Assembly: GCA_040768165.1 (NCBI GenBank)
Contig: JAXGNH010000005.1
Span: 30,057 to 94,056, forward strand
DNA length: 64,000 bases
Source: Anaerolineae bacterium
Lineage (GTDB): Bacteria; Chloroflexota; Anaerolineae; UBA1429
Direction: 5' to 3'
This document shows, piece by piece, positions 39,982-49,866 of this stretch. The notes under the pieces were generated by a model. That model worked only from the letters and a program-made list of their open reading frames with translations. It was not told the origin of the DNA and made no database searches. Position 1 is the first letter of the stretch, and each line of letters begins with the position of its first letter. Made by a program: the position numbers and the translations under genes.

Positions 39982-41124
39982 TCAGCCCCCCTCGATGCCT
40001 TCCAGGATCTGACGCGGCGTCAGCAGCTCGCCGTCCACGCGGTTCACCCGGCGCACCTTGTGCCGCCCGACGATGCGCTCCACCTCCAGGGCGATCTGCC
40101 CCAGGTTGAGCTCGGGCACGATGACGCGGTTGGCATTGCCTACCAGGTTCTCCAGCAGCGATTCGTTGAACGGCCACAACGTCTTGAGCACGATCAGCCC
40201 GACCTTGTAGCGCTTGGCCCGCGCCAGCTTGACGGCGTGTGCCGCCGAGCGCGCGCTGCAGCCGTAGGCGACGACGACGGTGCGGGCTTGCTGCACGCCG
40301 TCCGCCTCGTACATGCAGATCTGGTCGATGTTGTGGTCTATCTTGGAGAATATCCGCCGCCACCAGGGCTCGATCTCGTCCTGGCGCTCGGTGGGAAAGC
40401 CGGCGCGGTCGTGCATCAGCCCGGTGATATGGTAGCGAAACCCCTCGCCAAAGCTGACCAGCGGCGGCACGTCGCTGGGCGTCGACTCGTCGTAGGGAAA
40501 GTACCACTCGGGCGGCACATCGGTGTTCAGCCGGTCGATCACCTCCACGCGGAATGAAGTGCATTCCGCCGCATCGGCAGGCGCCTCAAACGGCTCGCGC
40601 ATGTGGGCGATGACCTCGTCCATGAGCAGGATTACCGGCGTGCGGTACTTTTCGGAAAAGTTGAACGCCTCGACGGTGAGGTAGAACGCCTCCGAGACCG
40701 ACGCGGGACACAGGACGATGATGGGGTGGTCGCCGTGGGTGCCCCAGCGCGCCTGCATCACGTCCCCCTGCGACGGTGACGTCGGGAGGCCGGTGCTCGG
40801 GCCGCCGCGCTGCACGTCCACGATGACGCAGGGGATCTCGGCCATGGCGGCATAGCCCAGGTTCTCCTGCATCAGGGAAAAGCCGGGCCCACTCGTGGCC
40901 GTCATCGACTTGAGCCCGCCCACGGACGCCCCGATCACCGCCGCCAGCGAGGCGATCTCGTCCTCCATCTGCAGGTACTTGCCCCCTACCTTGGGGAGTT
41001 CGCGCGACAGCGCCTCGGCGATCTCGGAGGAGGGGGTGATGGGATACCCGGCAAAGAAGCGGCAGCCGGCGACGAGGGCGCCCTCGACGCAGGCCAGATT
41101 CCCCTGCATCAACCGTCTGCTCAC
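39982..41124 (-). CDS. korA: 2-oxoacid:ferredoxin oxidoreductase alpha subunit
   Basis: GTG start overlapping the ferredoxin stop; AGYPITPSSE, QMEDEI, TATSGPG, QRGGPSTGLPT, ELNLGQ. Confidence 0.92.
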   Translation of the reverse strand: MSRRLMQGNLACVEGALVAGCRFFAGYPITPSSEIAEALSRELPKVGGKYLQMEDEIASLAAVIGASVGGLKSMTATSGPGFSLMQENLGYAAMAEIPCVIVDVQRGGPSTGLPTSPSQGDVMQARWGTHGDHPIIVLCPASVSEAFYLTVEAFNFSEKYRTPVILLMDEVIAHMREPFEAPADAAECTSFRVEVIDRLNTDVPPEWYFPYDESTPSDVPPLVSFGEGFRYHITGLMHDRAGFPTERQDEIEPWWRRIFSKIDHNIDQICMYEADGVQQARTVVVAYGCSARSAAHAVKLARAKRYKVGLIVLKTLWPFNESLLENLVGNANRVIVPELNLGQIALEVERIVGRHKVRRVNRVDGELLTPRQILEGIEGG

Positions 41125-41408
41125 TTGCCCGCACCCCTTGTGTTCGGATCCGTGGTCTCGACGACGATGGCAAAGTCCGGACAGTGGATGGCGCACCACA
41201 TGCAGGCCACGCAGCGGTCGGGATGGGCCACCACGGGGTGGTGTTCACCATCCTCGGCGAATACCTGGCGCGGGCAAAAGGCGATGCACAGCCCGCACCC
41301 CTTGCACCAGTTCTGGAACACGCGCACGTACCCCCGAGCGCAACGCGGCTCCGGCCCCTCGACATCCTCGACGACAGCCGACTGTAACGGCTTCTCTGCC
41401 ACCCACAC
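41121..41408 (-). CDS. korD: 2x[4Fe-4S] ferredoxin, delta subunit
   Basis: CKGCGLCIAFCP and CVACMWCAIHCPDFAI; AGGAGG 7 nt before GTG 41408. Confidence 0.88.
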   Translation of the reverse strand: MWVAEKPLQSAVVEDVEGPEPRCARGYVRVFQNWCKGCGLCIAFCPRQVFAEDGEHHPVVAHPDRCVACMWCAIHCPDFAIVVETTDPNTRGAGK

Positions 41409-41567
41409 TGCGCATCCTCCTTGTTGCACAGGCCCGCGTTCCGGCACAAAAGACGAGGCCAAGCCCCCGCGGACGGACGGCTTGGCCTTGGCGACGAGCA
41501 CCATTCGGTCCCAGCTTCGTCACTGAAACCACGGGACACTTTTCATATCGTCAGGTTCTGCGCCCCC

Positions 41568-41596
41568 ATGATAGGTTGCCGCCGAGAACCTGTCAA
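41568..41596 (-). promoter_or_regulatory. Sigma70 promoter of the kor operon
   Basis: TTGACA-17 bp-TATCAT; overlapped by inverted repeat CAGGTTCT (41552-41559) / AGAACCTG (41585-41592). Confidence 0.65.
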
Positions 41597-41619
41597 CCGG
41601 CGCTTCAAAACATCGGGAG

Positions 41620-41772
41620 CCACGGAGCCACAGAGTCATAGGAATAGAACGCGGATGAACGCAAATCTAGCGGATTCGCGCGGATAATCCGGATAGGAAT
41701 CCGCGGAAATCCGCTAGATCCGCGTTCATCCGCGTCCTGGAAACCACCCTCTGTGTGCTCCGTGACTCCGTG
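41620..41772. repeat. Nested inverted-repeat element: outer CCACGGAG/CACAGAG arms, inner CGCGGAT 9-mer arms
   Basis: CCACGGAGCCACAGAG...CTCTGTGTGCTCCGTGACTCCGTGG enclosing ACGCGGATGAACGC...GCGTTCATCCGCGT. Confidence 0.8.
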
Positions 41773-41796
41773 GTTTCTCTCCTGCCCGCGGCGAGG

Positions 41797-42468
41797 CTAG
41801 GATGGACGTCGCCGCGGCAGGTAGCGCTCCAGCCCCACCACCGAGGGGAGCACCAGGTCCGGCTCCACCGCGGCAAAGTGATCGGCGGGCAGGCCGTCCG
41901 ACAGGATGCCCACCGTGCCCGTGCCCGCCCGCCGACCGGCGACGATGTCCATGGGGTGATCGCCGCACATGACGGCGTTGCCGGGGGGTGCGCCCAGATG
42001 CTCGAGCGCCGCCAGGAGGTGCTCGGGGTCCGGCTTGACGCGGTCGACGTCGTCGCGCGTGAGGAGCACATCGCGCGCCAGCGACCAGCGCGCCACCACC
42101 CGCTCCACCGCCGGGCGGCAGTTGCGCGTCACGATCCCCACGCCGAATCCCGCCCCGCACAGCCGGGCGAGGAACTCGGGGACGCCGGGATAGGGCTCTG
42201 CGCCCTCGGCGGCGGCCACCTCGATGGCGGTCACCACCTCCTGCGCCGCCAGGGCAAAGCGCGGCCCCGCGCCCACCTCACGCGCGTCGAGCGCGGCGAC
42301 GACGCGCTCGATCAGCTCGAGGACGTGCATGGCGCGATACGGCTCCGACGTGAGCCCGAACCGCTCCACTACGCCCAGCACCTCGACGCGCATACGCTCG
42401 AAATCGATGCTCTGCCGGATGAGGGTCCCGTCGAGGTCGAACAACACCGCCCGCGCCATCTCAAACAT
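41797..42468 (-). CDS. HAD-family hydrolase (phosphoglycolate phosphatase-like)
   Basis: FDLDGTL, VTRN, KPDP, GDHPMD. Confidence 0.9.
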   Translation of the reverse strand: MFEMARAVLFDLDGTLIRQSIDFERMRVEVLGVVERFGLTSEPYRAMHVLELIERVVAALDAREVGAGPRFALAAQEVVTAIEVAAAEGAEPYPGVPEFLARLCGAGFGVGIVTRNCRPAVERVVARWSLARDVLLTRDDVDRVKPDPEHLLAALEHLGAPPGNAVMCGDHPMDIVAGRRAGTGTVGILSDGLPADHFAAVEPDLVLPSVVGLERYLPRRRPS

Positions 42469-43363
42469 GCGCCGTCCCCAGCCGCTCCGCCAGCAGTGTG
42501 GCGATCTCGTCCGGCGAATCCGCCACCAGGACGCCCGCCTCGCGCAGGGCGGCGATCTTGGTCTCGGCGTCGCCCACGCCGCCGTCCACGATGGCGCCGG
42601 CGTGGCCCATGCGCCGCCCCGGCGGCGCCGTGCGCCCGGCGACAAAGGCGGCCACTGGCTTGTGGACGTGGTCGGCGATGTACGCCGCGGCGTCCTCCTC
42701 GGCGCGCCCGCCGATCTCGCCGATCATGGCGATGGCGGCCGTATCTGCGTCCTCCTGGAAGAGGCGCAGCACGTCGACGAAACTCGTGCCGCTCACCGGG
42801 TCCCCGCCGATCCCCACGCAGGTCGATTGCCCCAGGCCCGCCTGGGTGAGCGCCCACACCACCTCGTAGGTGAGGGTGCCGCTGCGCGACACCACCCCCA
42901 CGGGCCCCGGCCGGTGGATGTGGCCCGGCATGATTCCCACCTTGGCCACCCCCGGCGTGATGACGCCCGGGCAGTTCGGCCCCACGAGGCGCGACGGCGA
43001 GCCCTCCAGGTAGCACAGCACGGGGAGCATGTCCCACACGGGGATCCCCTCGCTGATGGCGACGATCAGGGCGATGCCCGCCTCGGCCGCCTCCAAGATA
43101 GCGTCGGCGGCGAAACGCGCCGGCACATAGATGATCGACGTATTGGCGCCCGTCTCGGCCACGGCCGTGACCACGTCGTCGAACACCGGCAGCCCCTCGA
43201 CGCTCTGCCCGCCCTTGCCGGGGGTCACGCCGCCGACGATGCGGGCACCGGATTCGCCCTGCGCCCGGGCGTACGCGAGCATCTGGCGCGTGTGGAACGA
43301 CCCCTCGCGCCCCGTGATCCCCTGTACCAGCACGCGGGTGCCCGCGTCCACCAGGATACTCAT
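42461..43363 (-). CDS. sucD: Succinyl-CoA synthetase alpha subunit
   Basis: [41 protein letters not shown]. Confidence 0.96.
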   Translation of the reverse strand: MSILVDAGTRVLVQGITGREGSFHTRQMLAYARAQGESGARIVGGVTPGKGGQSVEGLPVFDDVVTAVAETGANTSIIYVPARFAADAILEAAEAGIALIVAISEGIPVWDMLPVLCYLEGSPSRLVGPNCPGVITPGVAKVGIMPGHIHRPGPVGVVSRSGTLTYEVVWALTQAGLGQSTCVGIGGDPVSGTSFVDVLRLFQEDADTAAIAMIGEIGGRAEEDAAAYIADHVHKPVAAFVAGRTAPPGRRMGHAGAIVDGGVGDAETKIAALREAGVLVADSPDEIATLLAERLGTAHV

Positions 43364-44643
43364 CGGCCCCCTCCGGCGAGCGGCCGCTCCGAGGCCGCCG
43401 CCACGGCCAGCCGCGCACCCTCCGCCAGGGTAGCGGCGGTGGCGAGGCCCGCCTCCTCGAGGATGCGACGCCCCTCGTCCTCGTTGGTGCCCACCAGGCG
43501 GATGACCACCGGCACGGGCGTCGCCTCCTCGAGGAGGCGGGCCTCGCGATGCAGAGCGCTCACCACGCCCCGGGCCACCTCGTCACAGCGGGTGATGCCG
43601 CCGAAAATGTTGATCAGGATGGCCGCGACGGCGGGGTCCGACAGGATGAGGCGCAGCGCCTGGGCGACGCGCTCCTCGCGGGCGCCGCCGCCCACGTCGA
43701 GGAAATTCGCCGGCTCGCCGCCGTGCAGCTTGAGCACGTCCATGGTCGCCATGGCCAGGCCGGCGCCGTTCACCATACACCCCACGCGCCCATCGAGCTT
43801 TACGTAGCTGAGGCCCGCGAGGCGGGCCTCGCGCTCGACGTCCGACTCGCTCTGGGGGTCGCGGGCGGCGGCCAGGTCGGGGTGGCGGTATAGCGCGCTG
43901 TCGTCGATGACCATCTTGGCGTCCAGCGCCAGTAGGGGCGACCGGCCGGTCGCCCCTACCGGAGGTCCCTCCGCCGTGACGACGAGGGGGTTGATCTCGG
44001 CCAGGGTAGCGTCATTGGCCCGGGCGCAGGCATACAGCCCGCGGGCAATGGCCGCCAGCGCATCATCCGTAGGGGCGACCGGCGGGTCGCCCACCGGCCG
44101 TTCGCCCACCGGCCCTTCGCCCACCGGCGGGTCGCCCCGAGGTACGTCGCCCCTGCGAGACAGGCCGAGGTGGTTGCGCACGCGAGCGAGGTGGTAGCCG
44201 CGCAGCCCGATGGCGGGGTCCACGGGCAGTCGCAGGATGCGCTCGGGGTGGCGCCGCGCCACCTCCTCGATGTCGATGCCGCCGTCGGGACACGCCATGA
44301 GCACCATGCGGCGGGCGCGCCGGTCGAGCACCAGTCCCAGGTACAGCTCGGCGTAAATGTCGGCCGCCCGTTCCACGAGCACCCGATGGACGGGGGCGCC
44401 AGCCAACCCCTCGGCCAGCAGACGCGCGGCGTGGGCCTCGGCCTCCTCCGGCGTGTCGGCCAGCACGATGCCGCCCGCCTTGCCGCGGCCGCCCATGAGC
44501 GCCTGCGCCTTGACGGCCACCCGCCCCCCGAGCCGCCGGGCGACCGCGGCGGCCTCGGCGCCGGTCGCCACTACCTCCCCGTCGGGCACGGAGATGCCGT
44601 GCGCCGCCAGTAGTGCCTTCGATTGGTATTCATGCAGCCGCAT
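43360..44643 (-). CDS. sucC: Succinyl-CoA synthetase beta subunit carrying two in-frame REP-derived insertions
   Basis: LHEYQ, KAQ...[53 protein letters not shown]. Confidence 0.95.
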   Translation of the reverse strand: MRLHEYQSKALLAAHGISVPDGEVVATGAEAAAVARRLGGRVAVKAQALMGGRGKAGGIVLADTPEEAEAHAARLLAEGLAGAPVHRVLVERAADIYAELYLGLVLDRRARRMVLMACPDGGIDIEEVARRHPERILRLPVDPAIGLRGYHLARVRNHLGLSRRGDVPRGDPPVGEGPVGERPVGDPPVAPTDDALAAIARGLYACARANDATLAEINPLVVTAEGPPVGATGRSPLLALDAKMVIDDSALYRHPDLAAARDPQSESDVEREARLAGLSYVKLDGRVGCMVNGAGLAMATMDVLKLHGGEPANFLDVGGGAREERVAQALRLILSDPAVAAILINIFGGITRCDEVARGVVSALHREARLLEEATPVPVVIRLVGTNEDEGRRILEEAGLATAATLAEGARLAVAAASERPLAGGGR

Positions 44644-44656
44644 GGTACACGCCCCA

Positions 44657-44760
44657 GTGGGCGACCGGCCGGTCGCCCCTACGCAAACAGCCAGTCACGC
44701 ACAACCGTCCGGCCCGGAACACGGAACCCGCAACCCGGAACCCCTGTAGTCCGCCCCTAC
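44657..44760. repeat. GTAG-REP family 2 copy (44657-44682), AACCCG(G/C) heptamers, and a truncated REP overlapping a stop codon
   Basis: GGGCGACCGGCCGGTCGCCCCTAC; CGGAACACGGAACCCGCAACCCGGAACCC; GTAGTCCGCCCCTAC. Confidence 0.75.
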
Positions 44761-47700
44761 TCGGCGAACACCACCACCCGGTGGTTGTCGGAATCGGCCA
44801 CCAGCACGCGACCGATGGCGTCGACGGCGATGCCGGTCGGCAGGTTCATGGCGCCGAGGTCGGAGCCGTACTGGCCCCAGACGTCCACCACCGCGCCATC
44901 GCGGTCATACACGATGATGCGGTACCCCTCCGGGTCGGTGACGTACACCCGCCCCTCGTGGACGGCCAGGTAGGGCTTGTTGACCACCGACATGCCGTCC
45001 CAGGCCACCACCGGCCACTCGCGCTCAAAGGTGAGGTCGGGGCCAAACACCTGGATGCGCCGGTTCCAGGTGTCGGCCACGTACAGCCGCCCTTCGGCAT
45101 CCAGGGCGATCCCCACCGGCTCCTGCATCTGCCCCGGCTCGGCGCCCACGCCCCCCACGATGCCGAGGACGGTGCCCTCGGCGTCGTACTTGACCACGCG
45201 CTTGTTGCCCGTGTCGCTCACATAGAGATTGCCCTGGGCATCGTAGGCGACATCGCGCGGGCCGTAGAGGAGGGTGCCCGCGCCGCCGGCGTCCGCCTCG
45301 CCAAAGACGCCCCACGACCGCAGCCAGTTGCCCTGGGCGTCGAACACCTGGACGCGATGGTTCCAGGTATCGGCGACGGCCACCTCACCATCCGGTGAGA
45401 CGGCCACGCCCCACGGCTCGCTAAAGCGACCGACCTCGGCGCCCTGGCCCCCCCATTCACGCAGAAAGCCGCCGCTGGCGTCGAATACCTGGATGCGATG
45501 GTTCTGGCTGTCGGCCACATAGGCGTTACCGGCGGCGTCCATGGCGAGACCCTTGGGCGCGTTGAGCATCCCGGCCTGCGGGCCCTGAGCGCCCCATGAG
45601 GTGGTCGCCGTGCGCTGACGCCACTTTTCCAGGTACACGTCCTCGGGCAGCGTCTGCCCGGCGGTGAGGGCCTCCGGACCATAGTCCCACAGCTGTTGCG
45701 CCACGTCGCGGCGCACGTACAGCGCAAACTTGTGCACGTGGTACCAGTCGGTGAGCGGCTTTTCGTGCTTGCGGTAAAAGATCACGTCCCACAGCTTCTG
45801 ACGGCCCTCGGCGCTCGCGATGTCGCGCCAGAGCGACTGCGGCGTCATGCCCATGTACCAGTCCTGGTTCGGCCACCAGATGAGGCGGTAGTCGCGCCGG
45901 TAGTAGCGGTTGCCCAGGAAGGGCTTGACGGCCGACTCGTTGTCGGGGCCGACGATCACCGCCTCGGCGTCCATGGGGCCGCCGGGGGTCTTGCCGTAAA
46001 ACTGGGCATTGGTGAAATCGCGCAGGTACCACACGAACGGCCAGCTCGAGCTGTCGTCGTAGGCCACCTTCATGCTCAGGTCGCCGTACAGGCGGCGCGA
46101 CATGTCCTCCAGCTCGCGCGTGACCAGGGCCGTGTCGGGCGTCCCCTGGGCATAGACGATGAACTCGTTGGCCAGGTCGGGGTTGATAAAGGTGGCCATC
46201 CAGGCAAAGCGCACCGTGAGGGCCAGTAGCACGACGAGGCCGCCCAGGGCCACCATGCGCCAGGCGTCGGCGCGGGCGAGGCGTCGCAGGACAGCGGCGA
46301 TGGCCACCGCCACCAGCAGCCCGACGACCAGCGCCGTGACCCAGCCCATGGTCGCGTTCAGCGCCTCGATGCTCGTACCGCCCGAGGGGCGCAACCCGAC
46401 GAGCCGCGCGAGCACATAAACGAACAGCGGCGCCAGTAGGAGGAGCCACAGCCCGCCGCGCTCGCGGATCCCCCGCCAGTCGGCCTCCAGGAGGCGCCCC
46501 AGCGTCCACCCCGCCAGGAGGTGCAGCGGGATGGCGAGCTGCATCATGAGCCAGGGCATCTTTTCGCCGGCCCAGCTATAGAGCACGAACGCCGTCCACG
46601 TCCAAAAGATGAGAAAGGGGACGAACGGTACCGGCGCGTGGGCGCCGGAGGTCGGGTTCGCCGGTTGCGCCGCCGCTTCCGCTACCTCGGGCTCGGGCGC
46701 GGCCGCGCCCGAGGCCGCCTCATGGGGGACGTCGTCGCGAGCCACCGCGCGCCGGGGAAAGCCCAGGGCGTGCGCCACGGTCCCCGCCATCCCCAGGGCG
46801 AGGGGCAGGAACTCGTACATCGGCATGAGAACGAGATAGTAGTACCAGGGCTGCCCACCGCGCTGCTCACCGTGCTGCGACAACCAGTAGCCCAACGACC
46901 CGATCATGCCGGTGGCAAAGCCCTTGCCGTTGGTGAGCATGGTGGTGTAAAAGAGGATAAAGATGACATAGAACACGCCGGCGCACACGCCCCAGCGCCG
47001 CGGGTTCCACCACAAACCGATGGCAATCGAGATCCCCAGGACCGCCAGGAACACCGCCCCGGAAAAGATGATCCCCTGCTGCGAATAGTCCACCGGGTCG
47101 CCGCCCAGCAGCGCGATGGGAAAGGGCGACGCCAGCGGCAGGATGAGGGTGCCCAGGACGACGACCAGGTCGAACAGCGCCGAATCGTCCCAGGGACGCG
47201 TCCGTTCGCGCCACGACTGCGCCAGGAGCATCAGCCCCAAAAAGCCGCCAAAGATGGCGTAGGTGATAAAGGTCGTCTCTTTGGTGGTGAACCCCAGGGC
47301 GAGGGCCGCCGCGGCGATGTACAGGTCGCGCGCCCTGCGCTTGTCGAGGTAGTGCAGGATGGCGATGAACAGCACCATGTTGAACACGAGGTTGAACTGG
47401 TCGTGCCGGATGAAGCGGCTGCGGTGCATCAACACCGGCGACACCGCCATGAGCAGCGTGGTGGCGAGCAACCCCTTGGTGCCCAGCCACTTGCGCAAGC
47501 CGAGGGGGAGGATCGTCAGGGCGATGCCGAAAATCGCGGCCCCCAGCCGTCCCGTCACGTCGTTATCGCCAAACAGGGCAAAGACGACCGCCGTAAAGTG
47601 ATAGGCAAAGGGGCCGTGATACACCGGACTGTGGGTATAGCCCTGCCCCGTCACCAGCTTCCACGACTCCCAGGCATGGATGCTCTCGTCGTGCGAGTAG

Positions 47701-47846
47701 GCGCGGGAGCCTAGGTCCCACAGGCGCGTCAACAGGATGAAGGCGATGAGCGCGACATAGAGCACTCCGCCCCAGGTGATGCGTACCGTCCCAAAGAGGG
47801 GGCGGTCGAGAAAGCCGGGCCTCTCGGAGGCGATGACACGACTCAT
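44757..47846 (-). CDS. TIGR03663 (Agl23-like) GT-C membrane protein fused to a C-terminal NHL-repeat beta-propeller
   Basis: HDESIH, YHGP, SRFIRHD, TKE, AGEKMPW; NHL repeats YVADSQNHRIQVFD, VADTWNHRVQVFD, YVSDTGNKRV; ATGA coupling to the upstream gene. Confidence 0.85.
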   Translation of the reverse strand: MSRVIASERPGFLDRPLFGTVRITWGGVLYVALIAFILLTRLWDLGSRAYSHDESIHAWESWKLVTGQGYTHSPVYHGPFAYHFTAVVFALFGDNDVTGRLGAAIFGIALTILPLGLRKWLGTKGLLATTLLMAVSPVLMHRSRFIRHDQFNLVFNMVLFIAILHYLDKRRARDLYIAAAALALGFTTKETTFITYAIFGGFLGLMLLAQSWRERTRPWDDSALFDLVVVLGTLILPLASPFPIALLGGDPVDYSQQGIIFSGAVFLAVLGISIAIGLWWNPRRWGVCAGVFYVIFILFYTTMLTNGKGFATGMIGSLGYWLSQHGEQRGGQPWYYYLVLMPMYEFLPLALGMAGTVAHALGFPRRAVARDDVPHEAASGAAAPEPEVAEAAAQPANPTSGAHAPVPFVPFLIFWTWTAFVLYSWAGEKMPWLMMQLAIPLHLLAGWTLGRLLEADWRGIRERGGLWLLLLAPLFVYVLARLVGLRPSGGTSIEALNATMGWVTALVVGLLVAVAIAAVLRRLARADAWRMVALGGLVVLLALTVRFAWMATFINPDLANEFIVYAQGTPDTALVTRELEDMSRRLYGDLSMKVAYDDSSSWPFVWYLRDFTNAQFYGKTPGGPMDAEAVIVGPDNESAVKPFLGNRYYRRDYRLIWWPNQDWYMGMTPQSLWRDIASAEGRQKLWDVIFYRKHEKPLTDWYHVHKFALYVRRDVAQQLWDYGPEALTAGQTLPEDVYLEKWRQRTATTSWGAQGPQAGMLNAPKGLAMDAAGNAYVADSQNHRIQVFDASGGFLREWGGQGAEVGRFSEPWGVAVSPDGEVAVADTWNHRVQVFDAQGNWLRSWGVFGEADAGGAGTLLYGPRDVAYDAQGNLYVSDTGNKRVVKYDAEGTVLGIVGGVGAEPGQMQEPVGIALDAEGRLYVADTWNRRIQVFGPDLTFEREWPVVAWDGMSVVNKPYLAVHEGRVYVTDPEGYRIIVYDRDGAVVDVWGQYGSDLGAMNLPTGIAVDAIGRVLVADSDNHRVVVFAE

Positions 47847-49636
47847 GGCGTGGAACTCGTCCTTTGCGTTGCTTGGGCGACGCCGGGGGCCTGGACCCAC
47901 ACGTGGAGGTACGATCGCTCCACCTCACCCACCGGCACGCGATACAGGAACCAGCGCAGATACTCCCGAATGGCAAGGGGCTGCTCGGGCCACGTCTCGG
48001 CCAGGATGAAGCGCTGCCCGACATAGCCGGCCGGCCCGGTTTCATCCGCCCCATCGGCGGTGACCAGCACGGTGGCGCCCGAGGCCGCTCCGGGCGCGCC
48101 CACGCCAACACCCCGCTCCCCGCGCGCGGCGGGGTACTCGCGCAGGTACCACCCGGCCCAGGGGTCCAGGTCACGCTGGTAGGACGCGTCGAGGGCGTGC
48201 CGGTCGCCCGTCATGCGGTCGGAGAGGAGGGTCAGCAGCGCCTCCATGGCGCGCCCGTCGGGCAGGATCGCCCGCCCCACCAGGGGCTCGCGCGGGTCGC
48301 GGGCCGTCTGGTACGCCACGGCGGTGGTGGCGCGCACCGTCAGGCCAACGGCCAGCAGCGCGAGCACGATGGCGCCGACTCGCGCCGCCTGCAGCGGCTG
48401 GCCCCACAACCAGAACCCGACCCACGCCAGCACCAGGGTGCCGATCACAAAGAGCCCATAGATGAGGAAGGGTTGCTGCGTGGTGTGCAGCCAGGCGGCG
48501 ATCTCGAGCAGGGCAAAGGCGCCCAGCGCCAGCGCGACCACCAGCGCCGCGGCGTCGGCCCAGGTCACCCTCCCGCGCAGGGCGCCCCACAGGTAGGCGC
48601 CGCCGCGACCCGCCAGCACCACCAGGGGCAGGAGGACATCGAGCAGCCACTCTGGACCGCGGTGGCCCAGGAGCGTGCCCAACACGAGGGCCAGCGCCGC
48701 CCACGCCACCAGGAACCGATCCAGCGGGTCACGACGCCGCAAGCCGACGATTGCGCCCACCACGGCCAGCCCCAGGGTGAGGAACTCGTACGTCAGGAGC
48801 GCCACCGGCAGCGCGCTCCAGGCCGGCCCAGACGCCGCGGGGACCAACGCGGCGAACCAGCGCCACGCCAGGTTCGCCGCCGCACCAATGCCGCCCGGGT
48901 TGATCCAGAGGGCGCTCCCAACGCCTAGCAGGACGCCCGCTACGACGATCAGGTTACGGGGCGACGCCGCGCCGACCCCCAAGCCGCGCAGCCGCGCCGG
49001 CCCCAGGATGGGATGCTGGCGCGCCCAAAGAACGGCCAGGGCGCCGGCCGCCAGCAACGGCGTAAACACGGTCGGACCGGCCAGCAGACCGAGGCCAACA
49101 GTCACTGCGACGAGGCGGGCGTCGGAGGGCAGGCTCGTCTGGCGGTACCGGTCGACGGCCACCAGCAGGGCAGCGGACAGCGCGGCCGCCATGATGGGCC
49201 AGTGGTTGGCCCGTGAAAAGAACACCCAGCTCGGCGCGAACGCCAGCAACGCCGCCGTCACGAGGGCGGCGCCGCGCCCTACGGTGCGGCGCGCGGCAAA
49301 CGGGAGGGCCACCAGGCCGGCGCCCACCAGCGCCGGCAGGAGGCGCGCCGCGCCGTCCGTGGCGCGCGTCAGGTAAAAGAGGAGCAAGTTGGCGCCAAAG
49401 AGGAGCGGCGAGTAGGCCTCGGGGCGCCACACGTCTCCCTGCGCCGCCCGCCAGGCGGCCAACGCCGTGTCCGCCTCGGGCAAGGAGAGGGGAAAGCGCC
49501 CCAGCGCCGCGAGGCGCACGCCCAGGGCCAGCGCGACCAGCACGGCATAGAGCGCCACCTCCACGGTGAGCCAGGGGAAGGGGCAGGTATCGTAGCCGCC
49601 CTCCCGTTCGATTGCCTCGCGTTCCTCGACGATCAT
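47843..49636 (-). CDS. TIGR03663/GT39-like polytopic membrane protein, catalytically degenerate paralog
   Basis: VALY...VRLAALG..PL..EA, ARLLPAL, P.WVFFSR, LLTYEFL, WYLREY; lacks DE and HGP. Confidence 0.7.
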   Translation of the reverse strand: MIVEEREAIEREGGYDTCPFPWLTVEVALYAVLVALALGVRLAALGRFPLSLPEADTALAAWRAAQGDVWRPEAYSPLLFGANLLLFYLTRATDGAARLLPALVGAGLVALPFAARRTVGRGAALVTAALLAFAPSWVFFSRANHWPIMAAALSAALLVAVDRYRQTSLPSDARLVAVTVGLGLLAGPTVFTPLLAAGALAVLWARQHPILGPARLRGLGVGAASPRNLIVVAGVLLGVGSALWINPGGIGAAANLAWRWFAALVPAASGPAWSALPVALLTYEFLTLGLAVVGAIVGLRRRDPLDRFLVAWAALALVLGTLLGHRGPEWLLDVLLPLVVLAGRGGAYLWGALRGRVTWADAAALVVALALGAFALLEIAAWLHTTQQPFLIYGLFVIGTLVLAWVGFWLWGQPLQAARVGAIVLALLAVGLTVRATTAVAYQTARDPREPLVGRAILPDGRAMEALLTLLSDRMTGDRHALDASYQRDLDPWAGWYLREYPAARGERGVGVGAPGAASGATVLVTADGADETGPAGYVGQRFILAETWPEQPLAIREYLRWFLYRVPVGEVERSYLHVWVQAPGVAQATQRTSSTP

Positions 49637-49704
49637 GACGCCTCGCGTCGCTCCTTCGATCGCACCGTCACCACGCGCCGCCGGCTGCCGCGACGCCGGC
49701 CACG

Positions 49705-49713
49705 ATTATACCA
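49705..49713 (-). promoter_or_regulatory. Extended -10 promoter for the TIGR03663 pair
   Basis: TGGTATAAT (TGn-TATAAT) about 70 bp upstream of ATG 49636. Confidence 0.55.
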
Positions 49714-49743
49714 TAGACTCCCCCGCGCCGCCCCAATCGCGCC

Positions 49744-49859
49744 GCAGAGCGGAAGGATGGAACGCGGATAAACGCGGATTCTACGGATTTACGCGGATAC
49801 TCTGTATTTCTTCTGATCCGCGTCCATCCGCGGCATCCGCGTTCCATCCGCTCCTCTGC
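49744..49859. repeat. CGCGGAT 9-mer long-hairpin element
   Basis: GGATGGAACGCGGAT(AAACGCGGAT...) and ATCCGCGTTCCATCC arms. Confidence 0.8.
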
Positions 49860-49866
49860 ATCGGGC

